Positions 38,100 to 51,507 of a stretch of DNA of 64,000 nucleotides are shown here, in pieces; within the stretch, counting starts at the first letter, position 1; the number at the start of each line of letters is the position of its first letter. The notes under the pieces are model-generated. The model saw nothing but the letters and a program-made list of their open reading frames with translations. It ran no database searches and was not told the DNA's origin. Origin of the DNA: Vicugna vicugna (lineage: Eukaryota); contig MU058650.1 in assembly GCA_013265495.1 (NCBI GenBank), forward strand, positions 895,394 to 959,393, in the 5' to 3' direction. Made by a program: the position numbers and the translations under genes.

Positions 38100-39410
38100 A
38101 AGCTGGTAGATTCTGAAGAAAGAATAAATTTAAAGCACTAACATCTATAACAAACTTGATCTTCAGGGCTGTCTCACTTGACAGTGAATTAATTGTATAG
38201 ATTTTTGAAGAATCAGAATTATTCAGTTTTGAAATAAAAAAATAAAAACCCTTCTGTTCCACAGACACAAATAAGCCTTTAGGTTTTATGTTGATGGTAA
38301 GGTAAATAGTGTGTACAAGATTAAAGCACACGGTACAATACATGTGTGGGATAAATGTGGATCTTTCACTGGAAAATATTTTGGAGTAAAATAATGAATT
38401 CACAATATGTGTTGGAAAAGAAACTTATAATATTGCTATGTAATAACCACTTGTTATAACTACTTATTACAGCTGAATTTCAGTTGTACCCTTTCAATAG
38501 TTTAATATGACCAAACCACCTGTTTTAAATGTAATTTTGCCTGAGATCTCTTTCTCTCTCTCTCTCTCTCTTTTTTTTTTTAAACTCTGGACTACTTGGC
38601 CAGCAGAATTCTTTTAAATAAACTAGGTCCAGATTCAAATTTTTCACATTATCCACGTTGGCCATACAGATTGCTCCCAAAAGTCAACAAAATGCTGTTC
38701 ACTGGCAGGCTTACCATGAGAAAAGAATATAACAGAGGAAAATAGGTCATTATTATAATGAAAACTGTATGTGAGATCAAAATTATTTGGGGTAATTAGA
38801 TATTATTCTTGAAAGAGTATATATTCTAAGATTTTTTCCGTATGATTCCTGACCCTCGTGACTTTTTTCCCCCAAATGGAAAACTATTTTTTCCTAGTAA
38901 TGAGAACTGCCTCTTTTTCTAAGAATGGAGACTTGTATCCACAATGGATTAGGAAGAAAGGCGTTGCCTTCCTTGCCATGCTGGCCATAGCCTTCCTGAC
39001 TGCATCCTCCAAGTCAATGCCAGAAGCAACAGGGAGTTGGATGTTACGCATGTTCTGAGACTCCTGGACACTGATTCCTTCAGGCCAGACCACCAGAGCC
39101 ATGAGTTCTAATTTTCAGCAGTCTTTCATGATGTCATCAGCAATGATAGCCAATTCCACTGTTCCACCCAAAACATTGTTGAGGATGGTTTCAACCTTAG
39201 GATCAACAACAAACCATTAACATATTTCACACACTTGGACTTCCCTAACACCAATACTGAGATCCAAGAAGTTAGTTGGCTGGGCTTTGACTGGGAAGAG
39301 AAATAACGTCATATGGAGCTATGTCTGGTTCAGCGCCATTCACAAAGCAAGTGGTATTTCCCACTTAGTTTTATGGATCTTAGGTCATACCTAGTGACTT
39401 AATTTTCAGC
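38100..39410 (-). pseudogene. SUCLG2: Processed pseudogene fragment of SUCLG2 (GDP-forming succinyl-CoA ligase beta), C-terminal CDS plus 3'UTR
   Basis: Minus strand reads EN*VTRYDLRSIKLSG/NTTCFVNGA...PAN/FLDL...DPKVETILNNVLGGTV..IIADDIMKDC*KLEL..LVVWPEGISVQESQ...LPVASGIDLEDAVRKAMASMARK. This is collinear with recalled SUCLG2 (YDLKYIGLDGNIACFVNGAG...DPKVEAILVNIFGG...IDLEDAAKKAVASVAKK), intronless, with stops and frameshifts. The 3'UTR end is approximate. Confidence 0.9.
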
Positions 39411-39419
39411 AGATGCATT

Positions 39420-39800
39420 TTTCAATTTGTGGATGTTAGTACACTTGATGTTGTCCCAGAGGTCTCTTAGACTGTCTTCATCTCTTTCAGTTCAGTTGTT
39501 GTATTTTTCATCTCTGTTTGGTTTGTCTTTATATTTTCCAATTCCTTGTTAAAACCTTGTAACTTCTCACTCTGTTCATCTATTGTTCTTGTGAGTTCTT
39601 TTATCATCTCGGTGATCGTTACCTTGAACTCTATCTGGTAGGTTACCTAATCTCCGCTTTACTTAGTTCTTCTTCTGGGGTTTTATCTTGTTCCTTCATT
39701 TGGAACACTTTTCTCTGTGGCCTCGTTTTGCTTAGTTTGCTGTTTTTGTTTCTATGCATTTGGTAGGCTGGTTACATTTCCCAACCTTGAAGAAATGGTT
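39420..39800 (-). mobile_element. L1 ORF1-region fragment
   Basis: tgttagtacacttgatgttgtcccagaggtctcttagactg... is typical antisense L1 ORF1 sequence. It abuts the 5' edge of the SUCLG2 pseudogene. Confidence 0.65.
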
Positions 39801-42800
39801 CTGGTTCTGTCTGAACATGAGCTCTTCAAGATCATGGATGGTGTTTTATCTATCCTTGAATCCCCAATATCTAAGATAGTGCATTATATATACTAGACGC
39901 TGAGTAAATAATTATTAAATGAATTGCCTTTTGGACCAGTTTTTAGGCCACTGGAAAGCCTTCTCTAGATCACGTTTTGAGGACTGCTGCCATAGCAGCA
40001 TGTCTAAGAGTCTTAGTTTATTTTGTTTAAAGCATCCTTAGCAGAATGAATAACTCTCACATAACCTCAGTCACAACTTTATCAATATAGATATTAATAG
40101 TCATATTAGATCCAACTGTCACTTCAGTTTTGTATCCAGGACACCATAGGCTTGTAAAATCCATTCTATTGGAAAACAGAGTTGTCTTATATTGATTTCT
40201 AAATTTTACACAACAATTAAGCAAAATTAGACAAGGCCTAATACTTTTCTTAAGCCCAGAGGTTTCCTTATGAAGTCAATACATACATCTTCTACTACCA
40301 ATTCTTCAAGTCACGACACTTAAGACCAGAGCTAGATTAAATATAAATAAATGGGCCATGACTCCCACTCCACCTGCAAAATAATCCAGGCAGGAAATTC
40401 CCACTTGCCCATTGCTCAATCTAACCTTGCTAAAGAAACAGACCTCTGGGTGGGAAGTTCTTATTCAAATGAATTCCTTAGGATGATGCTCAGTACTAGA
40501 GCCACCTGTCTGGAAAAGACCCAACCTCTGTGTCACTTGTAATGGACCGACGTGGAGTACAAACAGATGACAGAGCACAGCCTCTCCCATGTCTTCCCTT
40601 CCTCCTCTGCTCCACTGCTGCAATTTGGGCAGACTTCAGAGGCACAACTTCCTCCTTCATGGATTCTCCACTCATTGTATCTAAATACTACATTAGGTGA
40701 TCTCAGTTTCTTCAACTACCCTGTGGACCCCACGGTTAAATAGGCTTTTTACCCAGAAATCATGCAGCTGGATTCATGGCTAACATTTATGGGCCACTAT
40801 GGGTCAAACACTATGCTAAGGGCTTTACAAATCATTTACTAATTTAATCCTGCCAGCAACAACAAGTGGTAAATAGTCTTTATTTTATTATTATCATCCT
40901 CACTTTAGAGAGAAAACTGAAAGGGCTTAAGTCCAGGTCCCTTAACTTCCCTTAACTTTCCTGGTGCTTGAACATTACGTAACATTGCTGTGGCAAATGT
41001 CACCCAGCAATTTACATCCTTCATTCAAACAATCGATTGCCTTCAAACGACCTGGGCATGGGTCCTTGCCAGTTTGGAAGCCCATGAGGACTTCCTGGAT
41101 TAATTCAAGTATATATTAGTCTCCAACAAGTCTATTACCTAAAATTCTATAACCCTCTCTGTATATCATCCTACTAGATTGTCTATTAGCTGTATTTTTC
41201 CAGTGTTTGTTAACTGATGGGAAATGCTTTATTTGTTTGCCTGTGACAAAGCTACGTATCGTAGTAATCTTCCTTGAAGAGTACCTAGCACTCTACCAAA
41301 AGATAAAAGATGCTTGATGATGGGGATATTTAGGACAGCTGCTTCAGTTAGCAGAGCATGATGTGTTGCATCTTCGTATACCTACAGCGTGGCAGGTGTA
41401 ACTGCAGCCATGATGAAGCACAAGAGAAATGGCCAGATACGGGAAAGGACCAAAGAATTTTCTTCATTAAAACTCTGGGAGCTTTATACTAGTCTATTTT
41501 TAGAGATCTTAAAAGGTCACTAGAATCAAGTCAGTCTCCCTAACAAACTCTGTATGTATTCCTATTAGAAGATTAAGGATTAGTTGAGAGAGATGAGAGA
41601 AAGAGAGAAAAGTTGGTGATAGCCAGAAGAGATGGAATGAAGATGGAAGAGAACAGACTATTGGTATAGACGAGTGTTCAAGAATGAAGACAGTATCTAC
41701 TCTGGTGAGGCTGATTAGGAAAAGGACAGGAGGGTATGGAGGGTATATTTCCAATAATGAGCTAATTCTTAGCGTGATGGTGCTCAGTGGTCTCTTCTCT
41801 GGTGCAGTGGGGAGAGCTGGATGTCCATTGTTTAAAACATGGTGGGTTGAGGAGGTGAAAAGGAAAATTTTTAAAGATGGTTGCTGTGGATTGAAAGAAG
41901 CAATAGTAAATACTAATTTATAGATGACAGGTTGTAGTTTGAGCTAAAATAAGATATTATTTGGTGTGAAGATTAAACTCTGGGCTTCCTCCATCTCCTT
42001 CCATTCATCATATGGATAGCAGGTACATACCTGGAGGAGTTAGCTGAGGGTATCAGATGAAAGGGATAAAAATCACTGATTCAGCAACAAACTAGCAGGG
42101 ACTCACGTCCATGTAGTTTGAATTAGGACCCATATTAATATTTTTATTGATGTTTTTGTGAAAATGAATCAAGACCATATAGATTAATTCAATAAACAAC
42201 ACAAAGACAAAAATACTTGACTTGTGTCCTTGGGGATTATTTTTTAGGTGTTTACTGCCTATCTTCTTCAAACTAGACTCTAAGTTCCATGAGGGCAAGG
42301 ACCTGGTCTGTCTTATCCACTGTTGTTTGCCCAGACCCAGAACAGTGCCTGCACACAACAGTTGCTCGGTAAACTGTTTCACATTGCTTAAACAGTAGGA
42401 GCAGACTGTCCTTAGTGCTGTGAGATCAGTATGCTCTGGTGCTCTGGAAGCTGAGCATTAGCTCTGCCCTGGGGTTTGGGGAGTTTTCAGAAGGAAGGTA
42501 TCATTTGAGCTTGAAGAATGAGTAGGACTTTGTGAAGTGGAATGGAAAGAGAAGAGTATTCCAGAAAGGTTGGAACATCATTAAAAAAAAAAAAAAAAGA
42601 AGAAAGGCAAACATTATGAAAAACATGGTCTTTGGGGGCTAATGAAAAGTTCATTTTTTGAACATTGCTACTTTAAAATGTGCACACTATTAGTGGAAAA
42701 TAAATTTCCTTCCATATAAGTACACCTTACTTTATGGAATAGTTGTGAAAGAAGGACCAGAGGGAAATGCAAGAAACTGAAATTATTTTAATTTGGCTAA

Positions 42801-43227
42801 TGCTTCTAACGACAATAAAAAATTAGAAAGATTAAGGGGGGAACATAAGAAATGTTCACCATTTAAAGATTATCACTAACCTGACTTTCATAAAAACAGA
42901 TCTATGGAGGTGGAACCTGCAAATACTTCTATTTAGCGAACAACTACTATGTAACAGGGGTTCCACATTCATTGCCTCACTTAATCCTCACAATAGTCAG
43001 GAGAGACAGGAATCACCACCCACCATTTTACAGATGAGGTAACAGAGGGGCAAAATAGCTGGGTAAACTACTGAGGTGATAAATGAAACTGAAATCAAGG
43101 TGAATCTCAAAGGTCAATGTATTTCTCCTACCCTATGCTGCTACTAACTTAAGAAGCTTTTTAATTAGAGAGAAAAACGATCTTCAGTAACATGAAATAG
43201 AAAACAAAATAAAGGCACAGATCTGCA

Positions 43228-43280
<53 letters not shown>

Positions 43281-43285
43281 TGTGT
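43228..43285. repeat. (TG)n microsatellite upstream of the CpG island
   Basis: Seen directly; interrupted TG run. Confidence 0.95.
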
Positions 43286-43499
43286 GAAGTGGGTTCTGGG
43301 CCAGGTCCTATTGTACTGTGGAGCAGTGTTCCTCAAATAGCTCTAAGCCACAGTGTCTATAATTCATCCATTATAATTAACCCCAAGGTTAAGGTATTGT
43401 TTCTGAAGCCTGATTGAAATGCAGATATGTAACCTGGGAGGACTGACTCGATCTCTCAATTACAAACCTAATTAAAGAGCTGGCTCTTTGAGAACTTGA

Positions 43500-45000
43500 C
43501 CCGACTGACTGGTCCAGGAGTCGTGAGAGGCGGGGACTGCCCGGGCATCCCGGCGGGAGAGGTCCCCAGGCACAGGAAAGCAGGTGAGGGGTGGGTGTCT
43601 GGATTGGGGGGGCACTCAGTGAGGCCGCGGAGGTGGGAGCCGAGCCTTGTGAACAATTCTCTGGGGAGGGAGTGGGGAATACCCTTGCCCTCTTATTCCA
43701 GGACTCTTCGGGAATCCCACAGACAAGTCTCCCGAGGTTCACCCATCTTCCAGTCCCCCGCGCCTCCGGGGCGATGGTGGTGGTGGGGGGGGTCGACCCG
43801 GGAGCAGTTAAGCTGGCCACCGCAGCCTGCTCCCTGCACTCTGCCCCGGCAGTCGTGCCCGCAGGTTTAACCCTGTCCCCTCCGACTCTCCGACTCCCGC
43901 GCTGGGGGCCGCGCTCCCTCCCCCGCGGCGCGCCCGCGGCCCTGCACTGGGCATGCTCAGTGGCCGCCCGCGTTATGCTTCCAGGGAAACCTCCGCACGC
44001 CCTCCGCGGGCTGCTCTCGGTCGCCTCCTCGCCGCCGGCCGCCGGGGGTCCGTCCCAGCTTGCTCCGCTCCGCGCGACCCAGATTCCTGCCCCGCCCCCG
44101 CCCCTCCCGCGCCCGCAGCCAGTGCGGCAGCCGCGGCCACCCGGGTCCAGGCTCCGCGCCGGGGACCGACCGCGTGCATCGGCGCGGCGGAGCGCGCAGC
44201 TGGGCCCCCCGGGGAGGGCGGCGATGGAGACCCGACTGCCGCGTGCCCGGACCTGCTGAGCTGCCGCCGCCGCCGAGTCCAGGTGGGGAGCGGCGCCGGG
44301 GCCCGACCCCGTGGGCGCGGAGGGGCGAGGGGCGAATGCCCTTGAGCGGGAGAGAGGTGGCGGCGGGGACTCGAGGCACCGTGCGAGCTGCGCTGCGTCT
44401 GGGGCGCTGCAGAAATGCCAGGCTTGTGGGCAGAGGGGACAGGAATGAAAGTGCACGCTACCTCGGTGCAGGGGCTCCGTGGGCAGCCGGGACCAAATCT
44501 GTTCCCCTATCCTGCCCCCCAAAATTAACACCCGAAGGGCGAGTATCGGCCTGAGAGGCTGTTTGCATTCTGGCCAGGGCGCGGGTCACCTAGCGACTGA
44601 ACGCCGAGGGCTCCGGAGGAGGCACTCTTGGCGGAGGCCGAAGTGGGAGGCGGGGACGAGAGGCTGCCTGGCCTCGGCGCGTGGCCGGTCCGGGTCCTGG
44701 GGTCCCCTGCCCGGGGACTTCGGCTCCTGGGGCAGGGCAGGACTTGGGTTTGGCGGACCGCAGAGCTGGGGGTCATTCGCACTGCGGGCCCGGGGGCACC
44801 GTCTGAGGGGCGAGCGCGCGGCGCCTCCTCCTCCCGTCGGGAAACTCCTCACTTACAGAGCATCCTTCGTTCCTAGGCAGGTAGGACTGAACAGGCGAGC
44901 GGAGAGCCACGGCTGGCCGAGTATTAAAAAGCGTAACAGCGAAGTGTGGTGGTGAGGAGGGTGTGCGGTTGTGCTTCCCCTCCCCCCCTCCCCAAGCGTG
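43500..45000 (+). promoter_or_regulatory. ELMOD1: Large CpG-island promoter, probably ELMOD1
   Basis: Very high GC and CpG content with GC boxes (ccccgccccc at about 44090). The gene name rests on the recalled mammalian head-to-head ALKBH8-ELMOD1 order, not on coding sequence. Confidence 0.72.
44030..44282 (+). other. ELMOD1: Candidate non-coding exon 1 of ELMOD1 (start approximate)
   Basis: Donor CCAG|GTGGGG at 44282/44283 after a (GCC)4 tract in the core of the CpG island. Confidence 0.55.
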
Positions 45001-46505
45001 GGTGCTGGCTTCTCCTACTTACGGTATTTCTGCTCAACCTGTAAGTGGCGAGTCCGGTAACACACCTTATGAATATTTCAGGAACGACCTCGCAGGCTCG
45101 GTTGCTTCAGATCAAGTTTAATGAATAGGTTTGTCAGCCTTTCTGCGCTGCACAGGCAGGTAGAAATTCTGTGCCTCAGCTTTCCAAATCTCATCCCTTC
45201 CCTGTACCAACTGGGAAAAAGACTCTGCTAACTCCCAGGGAGCTTTAGATTGATACTATAAATTGAGCCTGTCGTTCGGAGAGACGAGTTTTGGGCAGAC
45301 GTCCAGGCATTGCTCTGCTTCTCTGCAGTGTGTGCGTGTTCTGCCGGGAGCCTGACAAACGTCCTTAACTGGAGCTGCCAAAATGGTGGAAAGCAGGTAG
45401 TGTGCTTATGTTGGGATAAACGGCTTCATTCATTATCATCTTATGACACCAGGTAGTTACAGCAGACTTAGTCGTTCTCTGCCTAGAAGTTGAATCTGAG
45501 ATCGGTCTAGTTGAAATTTTGAGGAAGGCACACGCTTGTATCCCTCTGCACTGGAAGGCAATTATCTCTCCCAAATTCTTTCTGGGAATAAGAAATGAAC
45601 GTCTTTTCTGTAATCACTGTGAAGAACACTGAAAGAACAGATTAATTGAGGTAGGGAATTCTCAGGATTGGAACAAGCTGTAAGTCATCTTTCCTTATAC
45701 TTTGGGTTTTAACTTCCATTGCACCATCGCCACTAATCAGGAAACCGACGTTCACAACAGTTCCTACTCTAAAATGGTACTCCTCTGCAGAAGAAAGCTG
45801 CTTTCTCCTCCCTTAGTGAGACAGGTGTGTCTCTAAACGACCTGCGAGGGTGTCCTCTGTTGACCAAGATTTCGAGCCTCCGAGATTTGCACGATGCTAA
45901 AAGAGGTAACTCTTCTCTTGCCAGCCCATACACGGTGAAGCTGGAGCAGTTTGGTTTATAGATATTTCACATTCAGAGAAGGCTTTTCCAGTAAGGACCC
46001 ACTGCAATTACATCACCTCTGCTTGCCAGGCTGCTTCTCTCCAGACTTAGTGAAGGCAGTGTGCCTCACTGTGCTTGACTAATGAAGAAAAGGAATCCCC
46101 CCAAATGAAAGACTGATTTATTTCTCATATTGTGTTTTAAAAGTTAATTTCTCAAAAAATTTTAATATTCATACATAAAGGCAAGGACTTAACTCAGGCA
46201 TAGTAATACCTCTGTGAGAATCAGCTCTCTAAAAGATTTAGGGCAACATTACCATATTCTTTGTGCTGAAATTATTGGTACATGGTATTAGAAGGGAATT
46301 CTATGAAATTAGCAAAATAAGTAAAAATTTTTTATAATAAACAGCATTTCCTAAAGTATGTTACTGAGATGTTCAGAAAGTAAGCCAGCTGCATTAACAG
46401 ACATAAAATCTGGCTGATTGAGAAGTTTGCAGATCTTGCATGCAAACCTCCAGGTGCTCTAAAGAAGCATTCTTTGACTTCTCTGAGAATTTTGAGAGTC
46501 ACTGG

Positions 46506-46705
46506 TAGAGCTGTCAGATGTAGCAAATAAAAATAATCTCATCACAGTTAAATTTAAATTTCAGATAAATAATGAACCACTGTGTTTAGTATAACTATGT
46601 CCCATGCACTATTTGGGACATATTTACACTAAAATTTTTGAATTTGTTGTTCATCTGAAATTCAGTTTTGACGGGGCAGCCTGTCTTTTATCTGGCAACT
46701 GTATA
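46506..46705. mobile_element. MER53-like palindromic hAT MITE
   Basis: Imperfect palindrome of about 200 bp centred on tatgtcccatgcactatttgggacata, with a perfect 8-bp TSD gtcactgg (46498-46505 and 46706-46713). Matches the recalled MER53. Confidence 0.85.
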
Positions 46706-49700
46706 GTCACTGGGAATTTCTCATTCCTCTGTTGGGGGTCGCTATTTTTTGAAAAAATAAAGTGGAGCAGAAGTCATATGCTGTTCTGCAGGCAATCTGG
46801 GTCAAGCTCAGTTCTGGTTCAAGTTATTGAAAATAACTCAGGCTTGAAAGTGAGTAGTTGCAGTTCAGCACACCCCTGCTTACTAGATTTAGTGAGAGGT
46901 GCCGAAAGATACAAAGATAAGTAGGGGACTTGCGGGGTGGGAGCATGGAGCTACATCATAAGATGTGAGACTTACAGGGTCCACTATAGGAACCTGGGAA
47001 GGACACTGAATTCTGCTGAGCAGCTCCAGTCAGGGAGTGAGATGACCAGCAGTTTTGACAGGTCTGGCCTTGAATGAGAGAGTGAGATCTTATCCTGGGA
47101 GGCAAGGAGGAAAGAAACTCGTGGGTTTATACCTAGTAGGGTGGAGCTGGAAGTTGATGGCCTCAGTTGGAGGACAGAGAAGCCTGAGAATGAGGGAAGT
47201 GACAAGGGGATTCTAAAGGATGTTAAATAGTTGCTGATGGGAATGGAAGAGGGAGGTGAAAAGGGTCCAGTGCAAGGATTGGTAAATTCTTGGGTGAATT
47301 CATCTCACTGCGTTTTAAAATACAGTTGGTCTGCCCTTTGACTAATACCCAAAGGTCACCTTCATTATTCTGCTAGCATCCTGGTTTCCTTAGGTTAAAA
47401 AAAAATCATCATCAAACAAGTCTGGAGTAGAATATGTAAAAGTTTTGTTCCTTTTATGAAAAAGACAATACTTAAATGTAATATTTGAGATGCTCATCAA
47501 TATTCAGTAGCTTTGGCACAAATTCCTGAAATAAGCAGATGTTTTGGTTTTAACAAATCTGTTGCTTCAAATAGGAAACGACAGTAAATTGCAATCATTT
47601 TCTGATTTAGTCCAGTTATCTTTAAGGAAGCAGATTCTGATGATGGAAGGAATGTAGATTTTACAGAAATAACACTGAGAAAATGACCATATGCTTGTAG
47701 CACCAGCGAGTATCTATTAAGGATGTTCCAAATGCAGTTAATTACAAAAAACACTTACATTTGTGTTATTGAAGAGCCAGCGGTACTTTCACTGTTGGTC
47801 AGCATATGAATTTTCCAGGAAAGTTGAACATCAAACCACTGCAGTCCATGTAGAGAACAGAAAAATCTTCATTTTCTGAAGATTCCAACTTGCCAGTCTC
47901 AAGCAAGTGCTGTTGGCATGCCATTGTACATTGTACTTTTGTGAGCAAATCTAGTTATCTCTAGGGACCATCTTCAGAAAAGCCGCATGTGTTTGAGTAT
48001 CCATGTGTATGGTTAAATTTCCACTTCCTGTTTTACTATAAGTTCTTTAAAAAAATTGGGAGGGGTAGTTAGGTTTATTTATTTAAGTTCTTGAAATCAT
48101 AAGAATTACTCTATGCTAAAATGTACAATGAAGCAGTTAATTAGGGTCTTTCTTATCGAATGATTATTCCTTAGAGCAGAAAACAGCTTTCTTCAGGTAT
48201 TTGTACTGTTCCTCTTTGTAGTGTCTGCCAAATATGTCCTATCTTACAGTGCTGATAGTATATGAGAAAAAAAGTGATCAAGGACATCCTGAAGTTGCTA
48301 AAATCTCAAGGCAGTTAGACCACAGTTAATATTTTCAGCGAGATTTCACGTGGATGTGACTTATTAAGAAAACCTTACTGCAGTGGTCTCTAATGACAGC
48401 TCATGTGGACTGTCACCCAGAGAGAGCTTTGACAGTGTGCTCAATTCACATTCTAAGTCCTCAGTAAATACTCTGAATTTAAAGAACCCGAAGACAGTAC
48501 GTTCTTAAGTCCCAGGAGCCTTTAACCCGCCGGCTCACTTACGCTGACCACGAGCAAGTCTTATTTTAAACATCAGTTTCTGTGCTGTAAAGTGGAAGAT
48601 ATGGCATATTAAAAAGAGAATATTGTGTCAACTCCAATCATCTATGTGTATAAAATAAACATTAACTGTTGCTACTGTTTTAAGGGAAGAACAACTTCAT
48701 TCTCAACGTAATTAGACAATCTGTATATTGTCTGTGTACTCTCTGTGGTGTTTCAGATGCCATAAAAATAATTCGCAATTTGCTGTGTTTGACTTTTCGC
48801 GTTTCTGGTACAAAGCAAGATGACTGTGGTAAATGCTTAAGGAGAGCTTATTAAGCCCTTTTTAAAAATCAGACTCAAGCAAGCTAATGACTGCAGATTC
48901 AAAGGTCTTTACGTAGCAGTTAAACGTGGCTTCCATATGAATTATTGGGATTATTGGGTTTGAATTATTGGGTAATTACAATGCTTGGTGTAAGCGCTTA
49001 CTTTAGCCACTGTTACTCTCCTTCCTATTTCTCTTGTACAAGTAGACTGTGAAATCTGCCATATGTTTTGAAGCTTTCATTCACAATGAAACTAATAATT
49101 TATTTATCCCACAGCTGCCTTTTGGTTTAGCAGATATCACCAATGATACCATAAGCTCTGTTCTCTAAATTTTTTTACGTTACCATTTGGCATTATAAAT
49201 ATTTTAAGTGTGAATCAATCTCTGGAATGAATGTACTATACAAGTACATTTCTTCCTTTTCCTTCAGAAGAAGAATAAGAATGCTCTACCCTTCAGTATT
49301 TGGAAGCCAGATTTTCTGAAGATTCTATATTTCAATAGAACAGTGACATTTTAATTTCGGGTTTTCTTTGGTCTTAGAATCCATTTAAATTAGCAGAAAA
49401 CTTAATAGTTTTTAATTGAGAAGTTTAATCATACATTCTTTAAAATGGTGTACAGCTTTAATTAAAATATATATTCACATCATTAGTCATAACAATTGTA
49501 AATATATGCACCCAATATAGGACCACACAAATACATAATTTAAAAAGCCTGTATTAAAATACCTAACATAGAATTTTGATTTTCATGTATTGTCTCGTGT
49601 TTAATGTGTAGGTAGCTCAATATGTGAACCAGTGCATGAAAATCAACACTTACAGAACAGAAGGATTGGGTTATAGTTATTGTTCACTAAAAAGTTCTGC

Positions 49701-50754
49701 ATTGTATCAAATATTTCTTCTATTATTCCTTTAAATTATAGATAACGTGGAGTATTGAAAATAGAGCTAGACTCATCAAATTTTTACATGTACACAATCC
49801 TTCTGGGACACATCTATCAACTAGACTCTTGAGTAATCACTGTGGGTGAGATGCGGAAATGAGATCTGGGATGTGATCTAATAGGTGGGTTGATCGGCTG
49901 TAACCAAAGAATGTTTATAGGCGTGAAAGCTGCCTAGAAGGCGGTTTCTGTTAGCCTGCTTCAGAGCTCTTCCCTTGACCCTGATATACATTTCTACAAT
50001 TTTATCAATGATTCAGGTACACTTAGACCATACACATATCAGGTTTGCTGATAGCAAAGCTCCAAGAACAAGTAAATTTGGATGACAGTCAGGATTAAAC
50101 TCATAGCCCTCAGCCCAGAGCAAAAGCTGAAACTAAGGTTATATTGAAAATGAATAGATGTTGGCTTCCTTTAGTTTCTAAAATTAGTTTTCTCAGGACG
50201 GGAAGTGGAAGTCCTACTTTAACAACAGTTCGAGTTATAAAAACTAGCTTTAGTTCACTTGAGTATTAATCAACAATACAGAAGAAATTAATGCCTTCTT
50301 TGGTTGGGATTCACAGGGCCCATATCAAAAAGGTTGGAAACTGACACTATAACATACTATACTGAAAGTGAAGCATCTTGGGCCACCTCTCAGGGATGTA
50401 ATAAGAGAGAGTGCCTGGCTCATATGAGTCTGGGTAGGATGTTGGCTCACATGACCTTAAAAGCACCTCCTAAATCTGATTATGCAATTTCAGTTGAGTT
50501 CCCAGGCACTTATACATGGATCTGCCAACGTCTGATTCAGCTTAGTAACATTTATGTAGCATATAACTATTGTACGTCTTTCCTTGATCAATAATGAATA
50601 TCTATCCGTATTCTTTTCTCCTTAAGGGTTATTTCCTAGATAATTAATCAATCATCACTTAAAATAAGTACATCTACTCTGTGACCACCACTTAGATATT
50701 CTTTACTTATAGATCACACTTGAAGTTCTTAGTTCAAAATGGTACGTGTTTTGG

Positions 50755-50876
50755 TGGGGAGGGTATAGCTCAGTGGTAGAGCATGTGCCTAGCATGCATG
50801 GGGTCCTGGGTTCAATCCCCACTACCTCCATTAAATACATACATAAATAAACCTAATTGCCTCCTCCCCCCAAAAT
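50755..50876 (+). mobile_element. Vic-1-type SINE
   Basis: ggggagggtatagctcagtggtagagc...ggttcaatcccc...ccattaaata...acctaattgcctcctccccccaaaa. Confidence 0.92.
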
Positions 50877-51052
50877 AAGTATTTTGAATAGCCTCAAAGT
50901 AGGCATGTGTCTACGTGTCCTAAAATAAAATTGCACAGTACATCTAACTAAGTTAGACAAAAACAAAAGGCAGACGTTGTGTTCACTCAGTGTGCTCTGT
51001 GTGTTCTCTGTTAGTCTGCACTGTGTTTTGGCTTTCAAAGGTATTTGTTTAT

Positions 51053-51507
51053 TGTGTAGCGTGGACACCTGTCATTACTCTTGAGCACTGCTCTCTGGAC
51101 CCCTTTCTCACATTGATGGGGCTCGCCCACGTTTTGACACAGAGCCCACTTCTCACCATAGAAGCTGAAAGTGCCAGATGCTTCCTTTCCCAGACATCTG
51201 TGCATCATAGATGTGGACCCAGACTCTGCCCCAGTGGCAGACGTTTTGGTTGGCAACACGCTTGACCCGTGCAGGGGCGTCAGAAGAGCCAGCTCCGGAG
51301 TCTGGACCTGGTGGGGGCAATGGAGGTATCTTTCCTGGGCTGGTTCTATGTCGTCATTCTAAGCGTTATTTTTGACTACGTAACCTCTAAACCCAGTTCT
51401 CTAGTTCTCCTTGAGATTCTGTGGGTGACCTTCACAACAAATCCCTTCTCTGCTGAAACAGGCAAAGCTGGTTTCTGTTCCTTGTGATAATAAACCCTGG
51501 CTGGTAC
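51053..51507 (+). mobile_element. Ancient ERVL LTR (LTR33-like)
   Basis: The 3' end aaatcccttctctgctgaaac...ggtttctgttccttg...aaccctggctggtac resembles the recalled LTR33 group. Confidence 0.5.

Noticed and set aside
20900..44000. Bidirectional promoter for the divergent genes
   Set aside because: The two CpG islands are about 23 kb apart and are separate promoters.
43389..44955. Long overlapping ORFs (380, 222, 164, 158 aa) in the CpG island
   Set aside because: GC-rich sequence lacks stop codons. The products are Gly/Arg/Pro/Ala low-complexity, occur in several frames on both strands, and have no recognisable domain.
50755..50830. tRNA-like A/B box sequences here and at 18333, 21930, 26952 and 36650
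   Set aside because: They have A-rich tails and TSDs and lack an intact cloverleaf acceptor stem, so they are SINEs rather than tRNA genes.
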